Below are positions 1-16,240 of a stretch of 64,000 bases of DNA, one piece after another (within the stretch, counting starts at the first letter, position 1; each line of letters begins with the position of its first letter). The position numbers and the translations under genes were made by a program. The notes beneath the pieces are model-generated. The model made no database searches and was not told where the DNA came from. It was given only the letters and a program-made list of their open reading frames with translations. This DNA is from Alphaproteobacteria bacterium (GTDB taxonomy: Bacteria; Pseudomonadota; Alphaproteobacteria; UBA828): NCBI GenBank assembly GCA_963667785.2, contig CAXXMU010000006.1:640001-704000 (forward strand), given 5' to 3'.

Positions 1-175
1 GATCCAATTTCTTGCACTTATCATTTGCACATCGTATTGTTACAACATGATAGCCGATGTGCTGGTAAACACTTTCTGCGTTACGTATGTACCCACTTTC
101 CCGACTGAACTGCTCCTCGGTTACAGCTTGGGCTCGATTACAATAGGGGCACGTCCAATCGAAGCTCTTAAACAT
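1..175 (-). CDS. Partial (runs off left edge) Zn-ribbon protein, resembles N-terminus of DUF4145-domain proteins
   Basis: Manual translation from ATG at 175: MFKSFDWTCPYCNRAQAVTEEQF...IRCANDKCKKLD, open to the window edge; CxxC and CxxxxC motifs; markedly lower GC than flanks; absent from ORF track. Confidence 0.6.
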   Translation of the reverse strand, partial: MFKSFDWTCPYCNRAQAVTEEQFSRESGYIRNAESVYQHIGYHVVTIRCANDKCKKLD

Positions 176-237
176 AACAATGCAGCCTCGTGTCTCCGAG
201 CGATTTAACCACATGCCACACGATTGTCGTTACCCCC

Positions 238-2676
238 TCACTCCGGCCGCAGCACCAGCGTGCCCATCGAATCCTGCTCCACGGCCGAGCGGTCGGTGAG
301 CATGGGGAGGTATTCCCCGTCGCGCCAGGGCTCGGCGTAGTCCTCGTAGTGCGAGGACAGCGGATTGCCCGACTGGCCCGTGCTGATGATGAAGACGGAG
401 CGCTCGGGCTCGGCGAGGTCGTAGACCGCGCGGTAGCCCGCCCCGTGGTTCTGGGCGAAGGGGCGCTCCTCGTCGGCCACGTCGAAGCCGCCGGCCTTCA
501 GCGTCTCCTTCTCGCCGCCCGATTCCATATTCACCTCGAACCAGGAGCCGACGGCCGGGATCTCGCCGAGGATGCGGCTCTTCATGCGGACGGCATGGGC
601 CTCGCCCCAGCGCCAGTCGGCCATGTCGTGGCCGTGGGTGACGGCGAGGTATTCGAGCGAGACCGTGAGCGCGCGGGAGACCACGGCGGCGCAGCTCTCC
701 TGCTCCGCCGTCGTCACGTCGTCGCACCACTGGGGGCGCTCGCCGAGCGCGCGGTGGATCACCTCGGTGCGGATGTTCCAGTAGTCCTCGAACACGTCGC
801 CCAGCTCGTCGGCGAAGAGCGCGTGCATCAGCTCCCTCGCCCACGCCATGTAGATGAGCGCCTCGGCGCTGTCGCGGCCCATGCGGTGATCCCACGCCGC
901 CAGCATGGCGAGGGCCTGACGCGCGGTGTCCCCTGCCGGCTCCGCGTGCTCGAGCAGGACCGGCACCAGCCGGGCGGCGGCGAGCGAGACCAGGTCCTGC
1001 TGGATCGCGGTGAAGCTCTCCACGTCGTGCGCGGGCCTGGCATCGAGCAGCGCCTCGATCCGCTGCGCGCGGTAGGGGGGAGTCCAGTCGTCGGTGAGGT
1101 AGTGCGGGTAGTCGAGAGGGACCATCCGGTTGTTGGCGTTGACGATGCGGCCCTGCGCCGGGTTGTAGGCCCGCGGCAGCTCCTCGAAGGGCACACGATC
1201 CACCCAGTCGTAGGCCCCGGTCCAGCCCGGCACCGGCATGTGCCCCTGGCCCGAGGCGCGGACCGGCACCCTGCCCGGCGCGATGGTGCCGATATTGCCG
1301 TCGCGGTCGGCGAAGACGACGGTCTGCTGCGGCACGGTGAAGTCGCGCAAGCCGTCTACGAAGCCCTCCCAGTCCGCCGCGGTGGTGGCCCGCACCAGCG
1401 CCTGGGCGCTCAGGTCGTCATCGTCGAGCGCCGTCCAGGCGAAGGCCAGCACGTGGCCCTCCTCGAGGAACTCCGCGCTCTCCTCCAGCACGTCCGAGAT
1501 CACCGGCCCGTGGCGCGTCGTGCGCACCGTGAGCGCGATGGGCTCTTCCCCGCTGACGTTGATCGTCTCGTTGCGGACCTCGAAGGGGAGGCTGCCCTCG
1601 GGCGCGAGATAGCGCGCCGGGTCGTCCGGGTCGATCCGCTCGATGAAGAGGTCCTGGACGTCCGGCCCGGTGTTGGTGAGGCCCCAGGCGAAATCGGACG
1701 TACGCCCGATGAGCGGGAAAGGCAGCCCCGGCAGCGTCGCGCCCACGCTCTCGAAGTCGGGCGTCGAGATGTGCGCGAGATACCAGACGCTCGGCACCTC
1801 GAGGCGCAGGTGCGGATCGTTGGCGAGCAGCGGCTTGCCGGATTCGGTGTGTTCGCCGGAGAGGACCCAGCCGTTGGAGCCGAGGCCGGAGACGGTCTCC
1901 TTCGGCAGCGCGGCCGCGAGCGCGCGGTAGTCGACGGCCGCAGGGCCGAGAGCGGACGGCACCGCGGGCAGGGCCGGCGCGGGGTCGTCCGGATGCTGGG
2001 CCCAGAGGTCCTGCAGCTGCGCCGGGTCGAGCTTGTCGGCCAGGCGCGCGCGCAGCAGCTCGTCGCTGAAATTGTCGCCGAGGTCCCAGGCCATGATCTT
2101 GAGCCAGACCAGGCTGTCGGCGGGCCGCCAGGGCTCGGGCTCGTGGCCGAGCAGCAGGAACTCCGGCGGCATCAGGCCCGAGCGGGTCTCCAGGTAGGCG
2201 TTGACGCCCGCGGCATAGGCCTCGTAGATCGCCTGCGTCTCGGGCGCGAGGCGCTCGAAGTTCCGTTCCGCCACGCGATAGATGCCGAGCGTGCGCAGGA
2301 ACTTGTCGGTCGTGACGCCGGGCTCGCCGACGACCTCGGCGAGGCGCGCCGCGCCGATCCGCCGCTGCATCTCGAGCTGCCAGAGCCGGTCCTGCGCGTG
2401 GACGTAGCCCATGGCGAAGGCGCCGTCGCGCGGCGATTGCGCATAGATGTGGGGGATCGCATGCGCATCGCGGACGATCTCCACCGGCGCGTCGAGGCCG
2501 GGGACGGCCTCGCTCCCGTCGTAGGAGGGCAGCGCGAACCAGGAGCAGGAGCCGGCGGCGAGAAGCACGCCGAGCAGCGCCAGCGCGCCCGCGCTCGCGC
2601 ACCAGGGCCGGAGTCGTCCGAGCCAGCCGCGCGGGAGGCCGCGCCGGCTCTCGTGGGCGGGGGACATGGCGCTCAT
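238..2676 (-). CDS. Penicillin acylase family (Ntn-hydrolase, peptidase S45) protein
   Basis: IVRDAHAIPHIYA, GYVHAQDRLWQ, GSNGWVLSG beta-subunit Ser, LLANDPHL, GQSGNPLSSHY; start MSAMSPAH overlaps upstream stop (ATGA). Confidence 0.93.
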   Translation of the reverse strand: MSAMSPAHESRRGLPRGWLGRLRPWCASAGALALLGVLLAAGSCSWFALPSYDGSEAVPGLDAPVEIVRDAHAIPHIYAQSPRDGAFAMGYVHAQDRLWQLEMQRRIGAARLAEVVGEPGVTTDKFLRTLGIYRVAERNFERLAPETQAIYEAYAAGVNAYLETRSGLMPPEFLLLGHEPEPWRPADSLVWLKIMAWDLGDNFSDELLRARLADKLDPAQLQDLWAQHPDDPAPALPAVPSALGPAAVDYRALAAALPKETVSGLGSNGWVLSGEHTESGKPLLANDPHLRLEVPSVWYLAHISTPDFESVGATLPGLPFPLIGRTSDFAWGLTNTGPDVQDLFIERIDPDDPARYLAPEGSLPFEVRNETINVSGEEPIALTVRTTRHGPVISDVLEESAEFLEEGHVLAFAWTALDDDDLSAQALVRATTAADWEGFVDGLRDFTVPQQTVVFADRDGNIGTIAPGRVPVRASGQGHMPVPGWTGAYDWVDRVPFEELPRAYNPAQGRIVNANNRMVPLDYPHYLTDDWTPPYRAQRIEALLDARPAHDVESFTAIQQDLVSLAAARLVPVLLEHAEPAGDTARQALAMLAAWDHRMGRDSAEALIYMAWARELMHALFADELGDVFEDYWNIRTEVIHRALGERPQWCDDVTTAEQESCAAVVSRALTVSLEYLAVTHGHDMADWRWGEAHAVRMKSRILGEIPAVGSWFEVNMESGGEKETLKAGGFDVADEERPFAQNHGAGYRAVYDLAEPERSVFIISTGQSGNPLSSHYEDYAEPWRDGEYLPMLTDRSAVEQDSMGTLVLRPE

Positions 2677-3824
2677 GGCTGCTCTCCTTCGACGATCGCC
2701 CGCCGGTGCTCGTCCAGCTCCGGCGCGGGCGGCCGTTCGGCCGGGTCGGGATAGACGGACATCTTGATCGGGTTGCCGGCCATCTTCACCTCTCCCACGA
2801 CCGGGTCGCGGGCCTGGATCACCATGTTGCGCGCCGCCACCTGGGGGTCGGCGAGCACGTCGTCCACCCGGTTGATCGGCGAGCACGGCACGCCCGCCTC
2901 CTCCAGCAGCGCGAGCCAGTGCGCCGTCGGCTGCAATGTCAGCAGCGCCTCGAATTCGCGCTCCAGCGCGTCGATGTTGGCGTTGCGCGCCGCATTGTCG
3001 ACGAAGCGCGCGTCGCGGGCGAGCTCCGGCCGCTCCAGCGCGGCGCAGAGCGACGCGAAGAGCGTGTCGTTGCCGGCGGAGATGACGACGTGGCCGTCGG
3101 CGGTGGCATAGGCCTGGAACGGCGTGATCGAGGGATGGCGCGTCCCCAGCGGCCCCGGCACCTCGCCGGACGCGAAGTAGCGCGCGAGCGCGTTCTCCAG
3201 GATGGCGACCTGGCAGTCGAGCATCGAGACGTCGAGCTTCATGCCCTCGCCCGTGAGCGTGCGCCGGTAGAGCGCGCCGTTGACGCCGATCGCGGTGAAG
3301 AGGCCGGCGACGATGTCGCCGACGGAGCTTCCCACCCGCGCCGGCGGCCCGCCGGGCTGGCCGGTGAGGCTCATGATGCCGCCCATGGCCTGCACCACCA
3401 CGTCGTAGGCCGGCCGGCCGGCATAGGGCCCGGTGTGGCCGAAGCCCGAGCAGGCGGCGTAGATGAGGCGCGGGAAGCGGGCGTGCAGCGCCTCCCAACC
3501 GTAGCCGAGGCGATCCATCGTGCCGGCGCGGAAGTTCTCGACCACCACGTCGGCGCCGGCCAGCAGCGCCTCGAAGGTCCTGCGGTCGGCGTCCGCCTTG
3601 AGGTCGAGGGCGATGCTCTCCTTGCCGCGGTTGATCGACATGAAGTAGGCGGACTTGCCTTCGATGAAGGGGCCGAAGGTACGGGAATCGTCGCCGCCCG
3701 CCGGAGTCTCCACCTTGATGACGCGGGCGCCGAGGTCGGCGAGCACCAGAGTGCAGTAGGGCCCGGCGAGAACCCGCGTCAGGTCGATCACGGTGACGCC
3801 GCTGAGCGGCCCGTCCACGGTCAT
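2673..3824 (-). CDS. CaiB/BaiF family III CoA-transferase
   Basis: GPLSGVTVIDLTRVLAGPYCT, LADLGARVIKVE, NRGKESIALDLK, ENFRAG motifs. Confidence 0.95.
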   Translation of the reverse strand: MTVDGPLSGVTVIDLTRVLAGPYCTLVLADLGARVIKVETPAGGDDSRTFGPFIEGKSAYFMSINRGKESIALDLKADADRRTFEALLAGADVVVENFRAGTMDRLGYGWEALHARFPRLIYAACSGFGHTGPYAGRPAYDVVVQAMGGIMSLTGQPGGPPARVGSSVGDIVAGLFTAIGVNGALYRRTLTGEGMKLDVSMLDCQVAILENALARYFASGEVPGPLGTRHPSITPFQAYATADGHVVISAGNDTLFASLCAALERPELARDARFVDNAARNANIDALEREFEALLTLQPTAHWLALLEEAGVPCSPINRVDDVLADPQVAARNMVIQARDPVVGEVKMAGNPIKMSVYPDPAERPPAPELDEHRRAIVEGEQP

Positions 3825-3883
3825 TGCGCTGCTTCCCCGTCCTGGCGACCGATTATACACGCACGGCGCCGGGCGGGCGGGAC

Positions 3884-5393
<1,510 letters not shown>

Positions 5394-6018
5394 CGATGGT
5401 CAAATTATCGGCCAATCTCCCCAATTCTGGGGAAGATAATTCCTTCCCGGATTCACTACCATCGCCGTACTGCGGATCGATTTATCCCGTTCGAACAGGG
5501 TGCGTGCCGCTTGTTCCCGTGTCGGCCGGGCGGCTGCGTTGGTACAGGCGGGATGCACGACGCGTCGAGGGCGCATTCGGTGGGAAACCGGAACGGTGAA
5601 TTGGTGGCGCTGTACAGCTCTGCACGATGAGCAGGTTTTCGGGAATTGATCCGGGCCGAGAGCCCGTAATCGCACCGAATGTCGTGCGCCGGTTCCGGTT
5701 TGCCGGTCCCGCGCTGCGGAAGGGCATGGGAAGGACCGGCATGCCGGTCAACCCGGCCGCTGGGCGCCGAGACCTGCCGGCAGGAGGAAGGGAATGTCGG
5801 CATCGCCGCCCACTGGCGGGAACGCCGGTCTGTCCTTGCCAGGAGCGGCTTCGCATTAGTCGTCGATTTTCACGACACGCGCGAGGCCGCGTCCGGAGCG
5901 TTTGCCACAGGATGAATCGACTCCCTCGAACACGTCCCGTCGCGAATGCATTGCCGCCCGGTCCGGCCCCACAACCGGTTCGATTTCCGGCGCCTGGCGC
6001 TCGCCTCGGGAAGATCGC

Positions 6019-11549
<5,531 letters not shown>

Positions 11550-11562
11550 CCGACGCACGGGC

Positions 11563-12588
11563 TCAGCCGACGAAGCGGGCGAAGGTGCGGAGCCAGTTCC
11601 GGCCGAGGATTCCGGCCACCTCGTCCTCGCCGTAGCCGCGCTCAAGCAAGCGCCCCGCGAGGTTGGGGAGCTCGGCTATCCCGCCGAGGCCCTCGGGATA
11701 GCGCTGGGTCACGAAGGCATCCACGGGGCCGAAGATGTCGGGCCTGAGCGTCCGCCAGCGGATCGCTTCCGGCAGCACGGTCTTGGATTCCTTGTAGGCC
11801 TCGGTGAAGTCGAGCCCGATGCCGATATGCTCGGTGCCGACCAGCGCCCTGAAATGGTCGATGTGGTCGATCAGATGATCGAGGGTCTGGTCCGTCGGGC
11901 TGACCGAGAGCGGCAGGCAGCAGGCGCCCATCATGCCGCCCTTGGCGCAGATCGCGCGCACCGTCTCGTCCTTCGTGTTGCGGTCGTTGGGCACGTGGTG
12001 CCAGGCGTTGGAATGGGTGCAGACCGGCGCGCGCGCGAGCGGCACCGCCTCGGCGCGCGAGCGGTGGCCGGCATGGGAGAGGTCGAGGATCATCGGCGTC
12101 TCGTTCACCGCCGCGATCAGCTCCTCGCCGAGGAAGCTGAGCCCGGCGTCCCGCTTCTCGCCGCAGCCGTCGGCGAAGAGCGTGGCGCCGGTATAGGCCA
12201 GGCCGAAGAAGCGGAAGCCAAGGCGGGCGAGGATGCCCACGCGCGCGAGCTCCTTGCCGATCATGCTGGAGCCCTGCGTGCCGGGGATCACCGCGAGCCG
12301 GCCGGCCGCGTGCGCCGCCTCGATCTCCGCGCTGTCGCGGGCGAGCGCCAGCACGGGACTGGCTTCGACCTTCGCGAAGCCCTCGTCGACCGCCCTCATG
12401 GTCTGGTCCCACGTGCTCTCCAGCGCGAAGCTCACGTTGCAGACGTTGACGCCCGCCTCCAGGCAGCGGGTCGCGTAGGGCTCGTCGAGCACGTAGAAGA
12501 GCGCGAGGCCGTCGAACACCGCAGCGTCCCGCGTAGAGGCCCGCGCCCTCTCGGCGGCCCCTGCTGCGTCGGGGTCAGCCTTGGCCAT
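11563..12588 (-). CDS. Membrane dipeptidase (peptidase M19 / amidohydrolase) family protein
   Basis: ILDLSHAG, CTHSN, RNTKDE, DHIDH, EHIGIGLDF, GILGRNWLR. Confidence 0.92.
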   Translation of the reverse strand: MAKADPDAAGAAERARASTRDAAVFDGLALFYVLDEPYATRCLEAGVNVCNVSFALESTWDQTMRAVDEGFAKVEASPVLALARDSAEIEAAHAAGRLAVIPGTQGSSMIGKELARVGILARLGFRFFGLAYTGATLFADGCGEKRDAGLSFLGEELIAAVNETPMILDLSHAGHRSRAEAVPLARAPVCTHSNAWHHVPNDRNTKDETVRAICAKGGMMGACCLPLSVSPTDQTLDHLIDHIDHFRALVGTEHIGIGLDFTEAYKESKTVLPEAIRWRTLRPDIFGPVDAFVTQRYPEGLGGIAELPNLAGRLLERGYGEDEVAGILGRNWLRTFARFVG

Positions 12589-13987
12589 GGCCCGCTCCGA
12601 GATGGCTGGTCACCGCATCCAGGCTGCGCGCCGCAGCCAGCCCGTCCAGCGCCGCGAAGGCTGCGTCGCACGCGGCCTGCGGCAGGGCACGCGACGCGCA
12701 GTCGACGAACTTGGCGTGGAGGGCGTCGCGGCCGAGCGGCCTGCATGGATGGCCCCTCGGCTCCTGCACCGTGTGCGACCGCTCGTCCCCGCCCGCGAGC
12801 CGTACCGTGACCGTCGCCTGCAGCGTCATGGCGCCGGCGTCGGCGCCGCCGGGCTGATCCGGGTCCGGGCGCATGCGGATCCTGGGGATCAGGGAGCGCA
12901 CGTCCGGCCGCGCCAGCGCCTCGCCGGTGAAGGCGTCGAGCGCGAGCCGGCCATCGACCAACGCGCTCGCCAGCAGGTAGGGCAGGCTGAAGCGCGCCTG
13001 CATGGCATCGGCGGGCGCGGCATAGGGCAGGTTGTGCGTCTCGATCTCCGCCAGCAGCGCGTCGATCCCGGCCACCGCCTGCGGCCGCAGAGCGCCGTTC
13101 CCCCGCATGTCGAGCAGGGCATCCAGCGGGCGATGGACGCTGCCGCAGCAGGGGTAAACCTTCTGCCAGATGCCGTGGCGCTCGATTGCGGGCGGCGCGC
13201 CGAAATCCGCGACCGCCGCCTCCAGCCGCTCGCGCGGCACGCCGGCGAAGAGCTCGACGAAGCCGCGCGCGCCCTCGTAGGCGTCCACCGCGGCGGTAAC
13301 GCCGGCCTCGGCGAGGGCCGCCGCCATGATCCCGTTCTTGGCCGCGAGCCCGGCGTGGAGCGGCTTCGCCATGGTGCCGAACTGGCACTTCGTGCCGGAG
13401 GAAAGGCTGGTGGCGAGGCCGAGCGCGGCGGTCGTTCGCGCGGCATCGAGGCCGAGCAGCCGGGCGCAGGCGGCAGCGGCGGCGGGCGCGCCCAGGGTCG
13501 ACGTGGTATGCCAGCCCCTGAAGTAATGGGCCGTGTTGAGCGCTTCGCCGAGTCGGGCCAGGACCTCCACGCCCACGATGAAGGCGTCCACGCAAGATAC
13601 GCCGTCGAAGTCCCGCTCCTGCCCGAGCGCGAGCAGGGCCGGCACCAGAACCGCGCTCGCGTGAGCGTTGCTGATCTCCAGAATGTCGTCGTAGTCCAGC
13701 GCATGGGCGGCGGTGCCGTTGACGAGCGCGGCCCAGGGCGCCGCCAGCCGCCGTGGCGTGCCGGCGACGACGGCGCTCCCCGCTCCCCAGCGCGCGACAC
13801 CGGCATGGGCCGCGCGCGGGGCGGGATCGCCGGCGCCGGCCAGCATGCAGGCGACCGTGTCGACGAAGGCGGCAGCCGCCCGCCGCTCCGCCTCCGCGCT
13901 CCAACGGCGCGGCGCCTCGGCGATCCAGCGCCCGAGCCGGAGCGTCGCGCCGCTCGCGCCTTCCGCCTCCGCTGTTCGGCTCGCCAC
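12575..13987 (-). CDS. MmgE/PrpD family protein
   Basis: [48 protein letters not shown]. Confidence 0.93.
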   Translation of the reverse strand: MASRTAEAEGASGATLRLGRWIAEAPRRWSAEAERRAAAAFVDTVACMLAGAGDPAPRAAHAGVARWGAGSAVVAGTPRRLAAPWAALVNGTAAHALDYDDILEISNAHASAVLVPALLALGQERDFDGVSCVDAFIVGVEVLARLGEALNTAHYFRGWHTTSTLGAPAAAAACARLLGLDAARTTAALGLATSLSSGTKCQFGTMAKPLHAGLAAKNGIMAAALAEAGVTAAVDAYEGARGFVELFAGVPRERLEAAVADFGAPPAIERHGIWQKVYPCCGSVHRPLDALLDMRGNGALRPQAVAGIDALLAEIETHNLPYAAPADAMQARFSLPYLLASALVDGRLALDAFTGEALARPDVRSLIPRIRMRPDPDQPGGADAGAMTLQATVTVRLAGGDERSHTVQEPRGHPCRPLGRDALHAKFVDCASRALPQAACDAAFAALDGLAAARSLDAVTSHLGAGHGQG

Positions 13988-14088
13988 CCGTCCTCTCCGC
14001 TTGCCCTCGGCCCCGCCGATGGTACACGGTGACGGTGCGGTCGCAATCGGGCGGGAGGGGCGGCCGGCCCGTCGTCGAGGGAGGACAC

Positions 14089-14532
14089 ATGAGGGCGCTG
14101 ATCCAGCGGGTCGCCGGAGCCCGCGTCGATATCGCCGGCGAGACGGTCGGCGAGGTCGAGGACGGCATGCTGGTCCTCGTCTGCGCCATGCAGGGCGACG
14201 GGGACGACGAGGCCCGACAGCTGGCGCGCAAGATCGCCAACCTGCGCATCTTCGAGAGCGAGCCGGGCAAGATGAACCTCTCGGTGCTGGCGAGCGGGGG
14301 TGCTGCGCTGGTGGTGAGCCAGTTCACGCTCGCCGCCGACACGAGCCGCGGCAACCGGCCGGGCTTCTCCTATGCCGCCCCGCCGGACGAGGGCGAGCGG
14401 CTCTACGAGCTCTTCACCGCCTCCCTCGCCGAGCACGGGGTGCCGGTCGCCACCGGGCGCTTCGGCCAGGTGATGCAGGTCCACCTCGTCAACGACGGGC
14501 CGGTCACGATCTGGCTGGATACGGCGGGCTAG
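14089..14532 (+). CDS. dtd: D-aminoacyl-tRNA deacylase
   Basis: [25 protein letters not shown]; GGAGG RBS. Confidence 0.97.
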   Translation: MRALIQRVAGARVDIAGETVGEVEDGMLVLVCAMQGDGDDEARQLARKIANLRIFESEPGKMNLSVLASGGAALVVSQFTLAADTSRGNRPGFSYAAPPDEGERLYELFTASLAEHGVPVATGRFGQVMQVHLVNDGPVTIWLDTAG

Positions 14533-14855
14533 TCCTCCGGCTCGTTGCCCGGCAGCGGGATCGTGAGCATCAGCGAGGAGAGGCTCTTGCCGTGGATGTC
14601 GAGCGCGCCGGTGGCGGTGACGCCGCCGCCGCAGACGCGCTCGATGACGAAGTTGAGCGCACCGAGCGCCGGCAGCGCATAGCGGCGCACGGGCCCTTCC
14701 GCCAGCGCGGCGAAGGCGGCCTGCACCCGCGCCTCGGTCAGCTCCCGCGTGAGCCGCTCGTAGCCCGCCTCGTCGAAGGCGACGACCGAGACGTTGACGC
14801 TCGTTCCCTTGTCGCCGGCGCGGGCATGCGCCAGATCGCGCACCCTGATCGGCAT
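14529..14855 (-). CDS. Small AtuA-related protein (stand-alone C-terminal AtuA domain)
   Basis: [19 protein letters not shown]...LDIHGKSLS; TGATG coupling with the upstream gene. Confidence 0.88.
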   Translation of the reverse strand: MPIRVRDLAHARAGDKGTSVNVSVVAFDEAGYERLTRELTEARVQAAFAALAEGPVRRYALPALGALNFVIERVCGGGVTATGALDIHGKSLSSLMLTIPLPGNEPED

Positions 14856-16204
14856 CAACCTGCATCTCCCACCACCTCGACCCGGGGCCTGACCAGCGCG
14901 CGCGGCAGCAGCACCGACTGCACCGCGAGGATTTCGCGCACCGACGCCGAATCGCCGGCCCCGCCCGCCGGCCCGTTGGTGTAGAGCGCCGCGACCTCGA
15001 AGCCCACAGCGTCTGCGGCCTTGCGATCCTGCGTCCGTCCGCTGACGCGGAGCCTGACCTCGTAGGGCTCGGGCCGTCCGGCGCCCGGCCCGTGCAGGCT
15101 GTCGATGCCGATCAGGCGCGCCTCCAGCGCATCGAAGGCGAAGCCCCTGAGACGCAGCCTCTCCGTCACGATCTCGCCGGCGAGGCGGGCGCGTGCCTGG
15201 GCGCCGGGGCCGCCGTAGGAGAGCTGCCCCTCGCCCAGATAGCCGTCGAAATAGCCGACGCTCACCTTGTAGGTCCCCGTGCGCGGGCGCGCCCGGGCGC
15301 CCGAGACCGCCACCCGGTCCGGCCCCGCCTCGCGCAGCTCGATGCCGCTCATGTCGAGCACGCAATCGGGCGTGACGTAGGCCGCGGGATCCTCCACCTC
15401 GTAGAGGAGCTGCTCGGTGCAGGTGGCGACGTCGATGCGCCCGCCCGTGTCCGCGCACTTGCCGATGGTGACCGCGCCGTCGTCGCTCACGTCGGCGAAG
15501 GGGAAGCCGAGGCGGGCGAGACCCAGCACGTCCTTGACGCCGGGGTCGGCGAAGTAGCCGCCGGTCACCTGGCCCGCGCACTCCAGCAGGTGACCGGCCG
15601 CGGTGGCCTGGGCGAGGCGCTCGTCCTCGTCGTAGGGCATGCCGAGGGCGTGGACGATGGGGCCGACGAAGAGCGAGGGGTCCGCGACCCGGCCGGTCAT
15701 CACCACCGGCGCGCCGGTCGAGAGAGCGAACGACACGGCATCGGCGCCGAGATAGGCGTTCGCCGACGCCATGCGCGGCAGGATGCTCTCGAGCGGCTCG
15801 CCCGACTCCATCAGGGGAAGCGCCGGGCGGGCGGCGACGTCATCCCGCACGTCGTCGCCGAGCAGAACCGCGCAGCGGCGGTCGTCGAGCCCGAGTTCGG
15901 CCGCGATATCGGCCGTCCTGCGCCCGGCCGCCAGCGGGTCGGCAGCGCCCATGTTGCTGAGCACCCGCACGCCCCGCGCGGCCGCCGGCGGCAGCACCGC
16001 GCGCATGCGGTCCTCGAGCTGGGGGTTGTAGCCGCTCCCCTCGCCCCGCCGCGCCGCCAGCGTCTCGCGCGCGATGGTGCGCTCGGCGAGGCACTCGAAG
16101 GCGATGTAGTCGATCTCGCCGCGCTCGACCAGCTCGACCGCGGGCTCCCAGCGGTCGCCGGCAAAGCCCGCGCCGGAGCCGATGCGCACCCGCTTCGCCG
16201 CCAT
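14855..16204 (-). CDS. Acyclic terpene utilization AtuA family (DUF1446) protein
   Basis: RIGSGAGFAGDR, FECLAERT, ANAYLGA, TGRVADPS, GHLLECAGQVTGG, EQLLYEVEDP, LYTNGPAGG. Confidence 0.93.
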   Translation of the reverse strand: MAAKRVRIGSGAGFAGDRWEPAVELVERGEIDYIAFECLAERTIARETLAARRGEGSGYNPQLEDRMRAVLPPAAARGVRVLSNMGAADPLAAGRRTADIAAELGLDDRRCAVLLGDDVRDDVAARPALPLMESGEPLESILPRMASANAYLGADAVSFALSTGAPVVMTGRVADPSLFVGPIVHALGMPYDEDERLAQATAAGHLLECAGQVTGGYFADPGVKDVLGLARLGFPFADVSDDGAVTIGKCADTGGRIDVATCTEQLLYEVEDPAAYVTPDCVLDMSGIELREAGPDRVAVSGARARPRTGTYKVSVGYFDGYLGEGQLSYGGPGAQARARLAGEIVTERLRLRGFAFDALEARLIGIDSLHGPGAGRPEPYEVRLRVSGRTQDRKAADAVGFEVAALYTNGPAGGAGDSASVREILAVQSVLLPRALVRPRVEVVGDAG

Positions 16205-16240
16205 GGCGCCCTTCAGGCGTGCGTCATGGCGGGCCTCGAC

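Noticed and set aside
190-2754. Long antisense/alternate-frame ORFs (also 5482-7908, 15092-18832, 27859-30210, 42902-44818, 48269-50524, 62034-63902)
   Set aside because: Shadow ORFs of well-supported genes in very GC-rich DNA; Arg/Ala/Gly-rich with no recognisable motifs
5560-5780. Cobalamin-riboswitch-like words (GGGAAGG, GAGACCTGCC) in the cargo leader
   Set aside because: Core elements (GGGAA..GGTG.AA.TCC, GCCCCCGC.ACTGT, AGCCAG) not found in the right order; an Rfam scan would settle it
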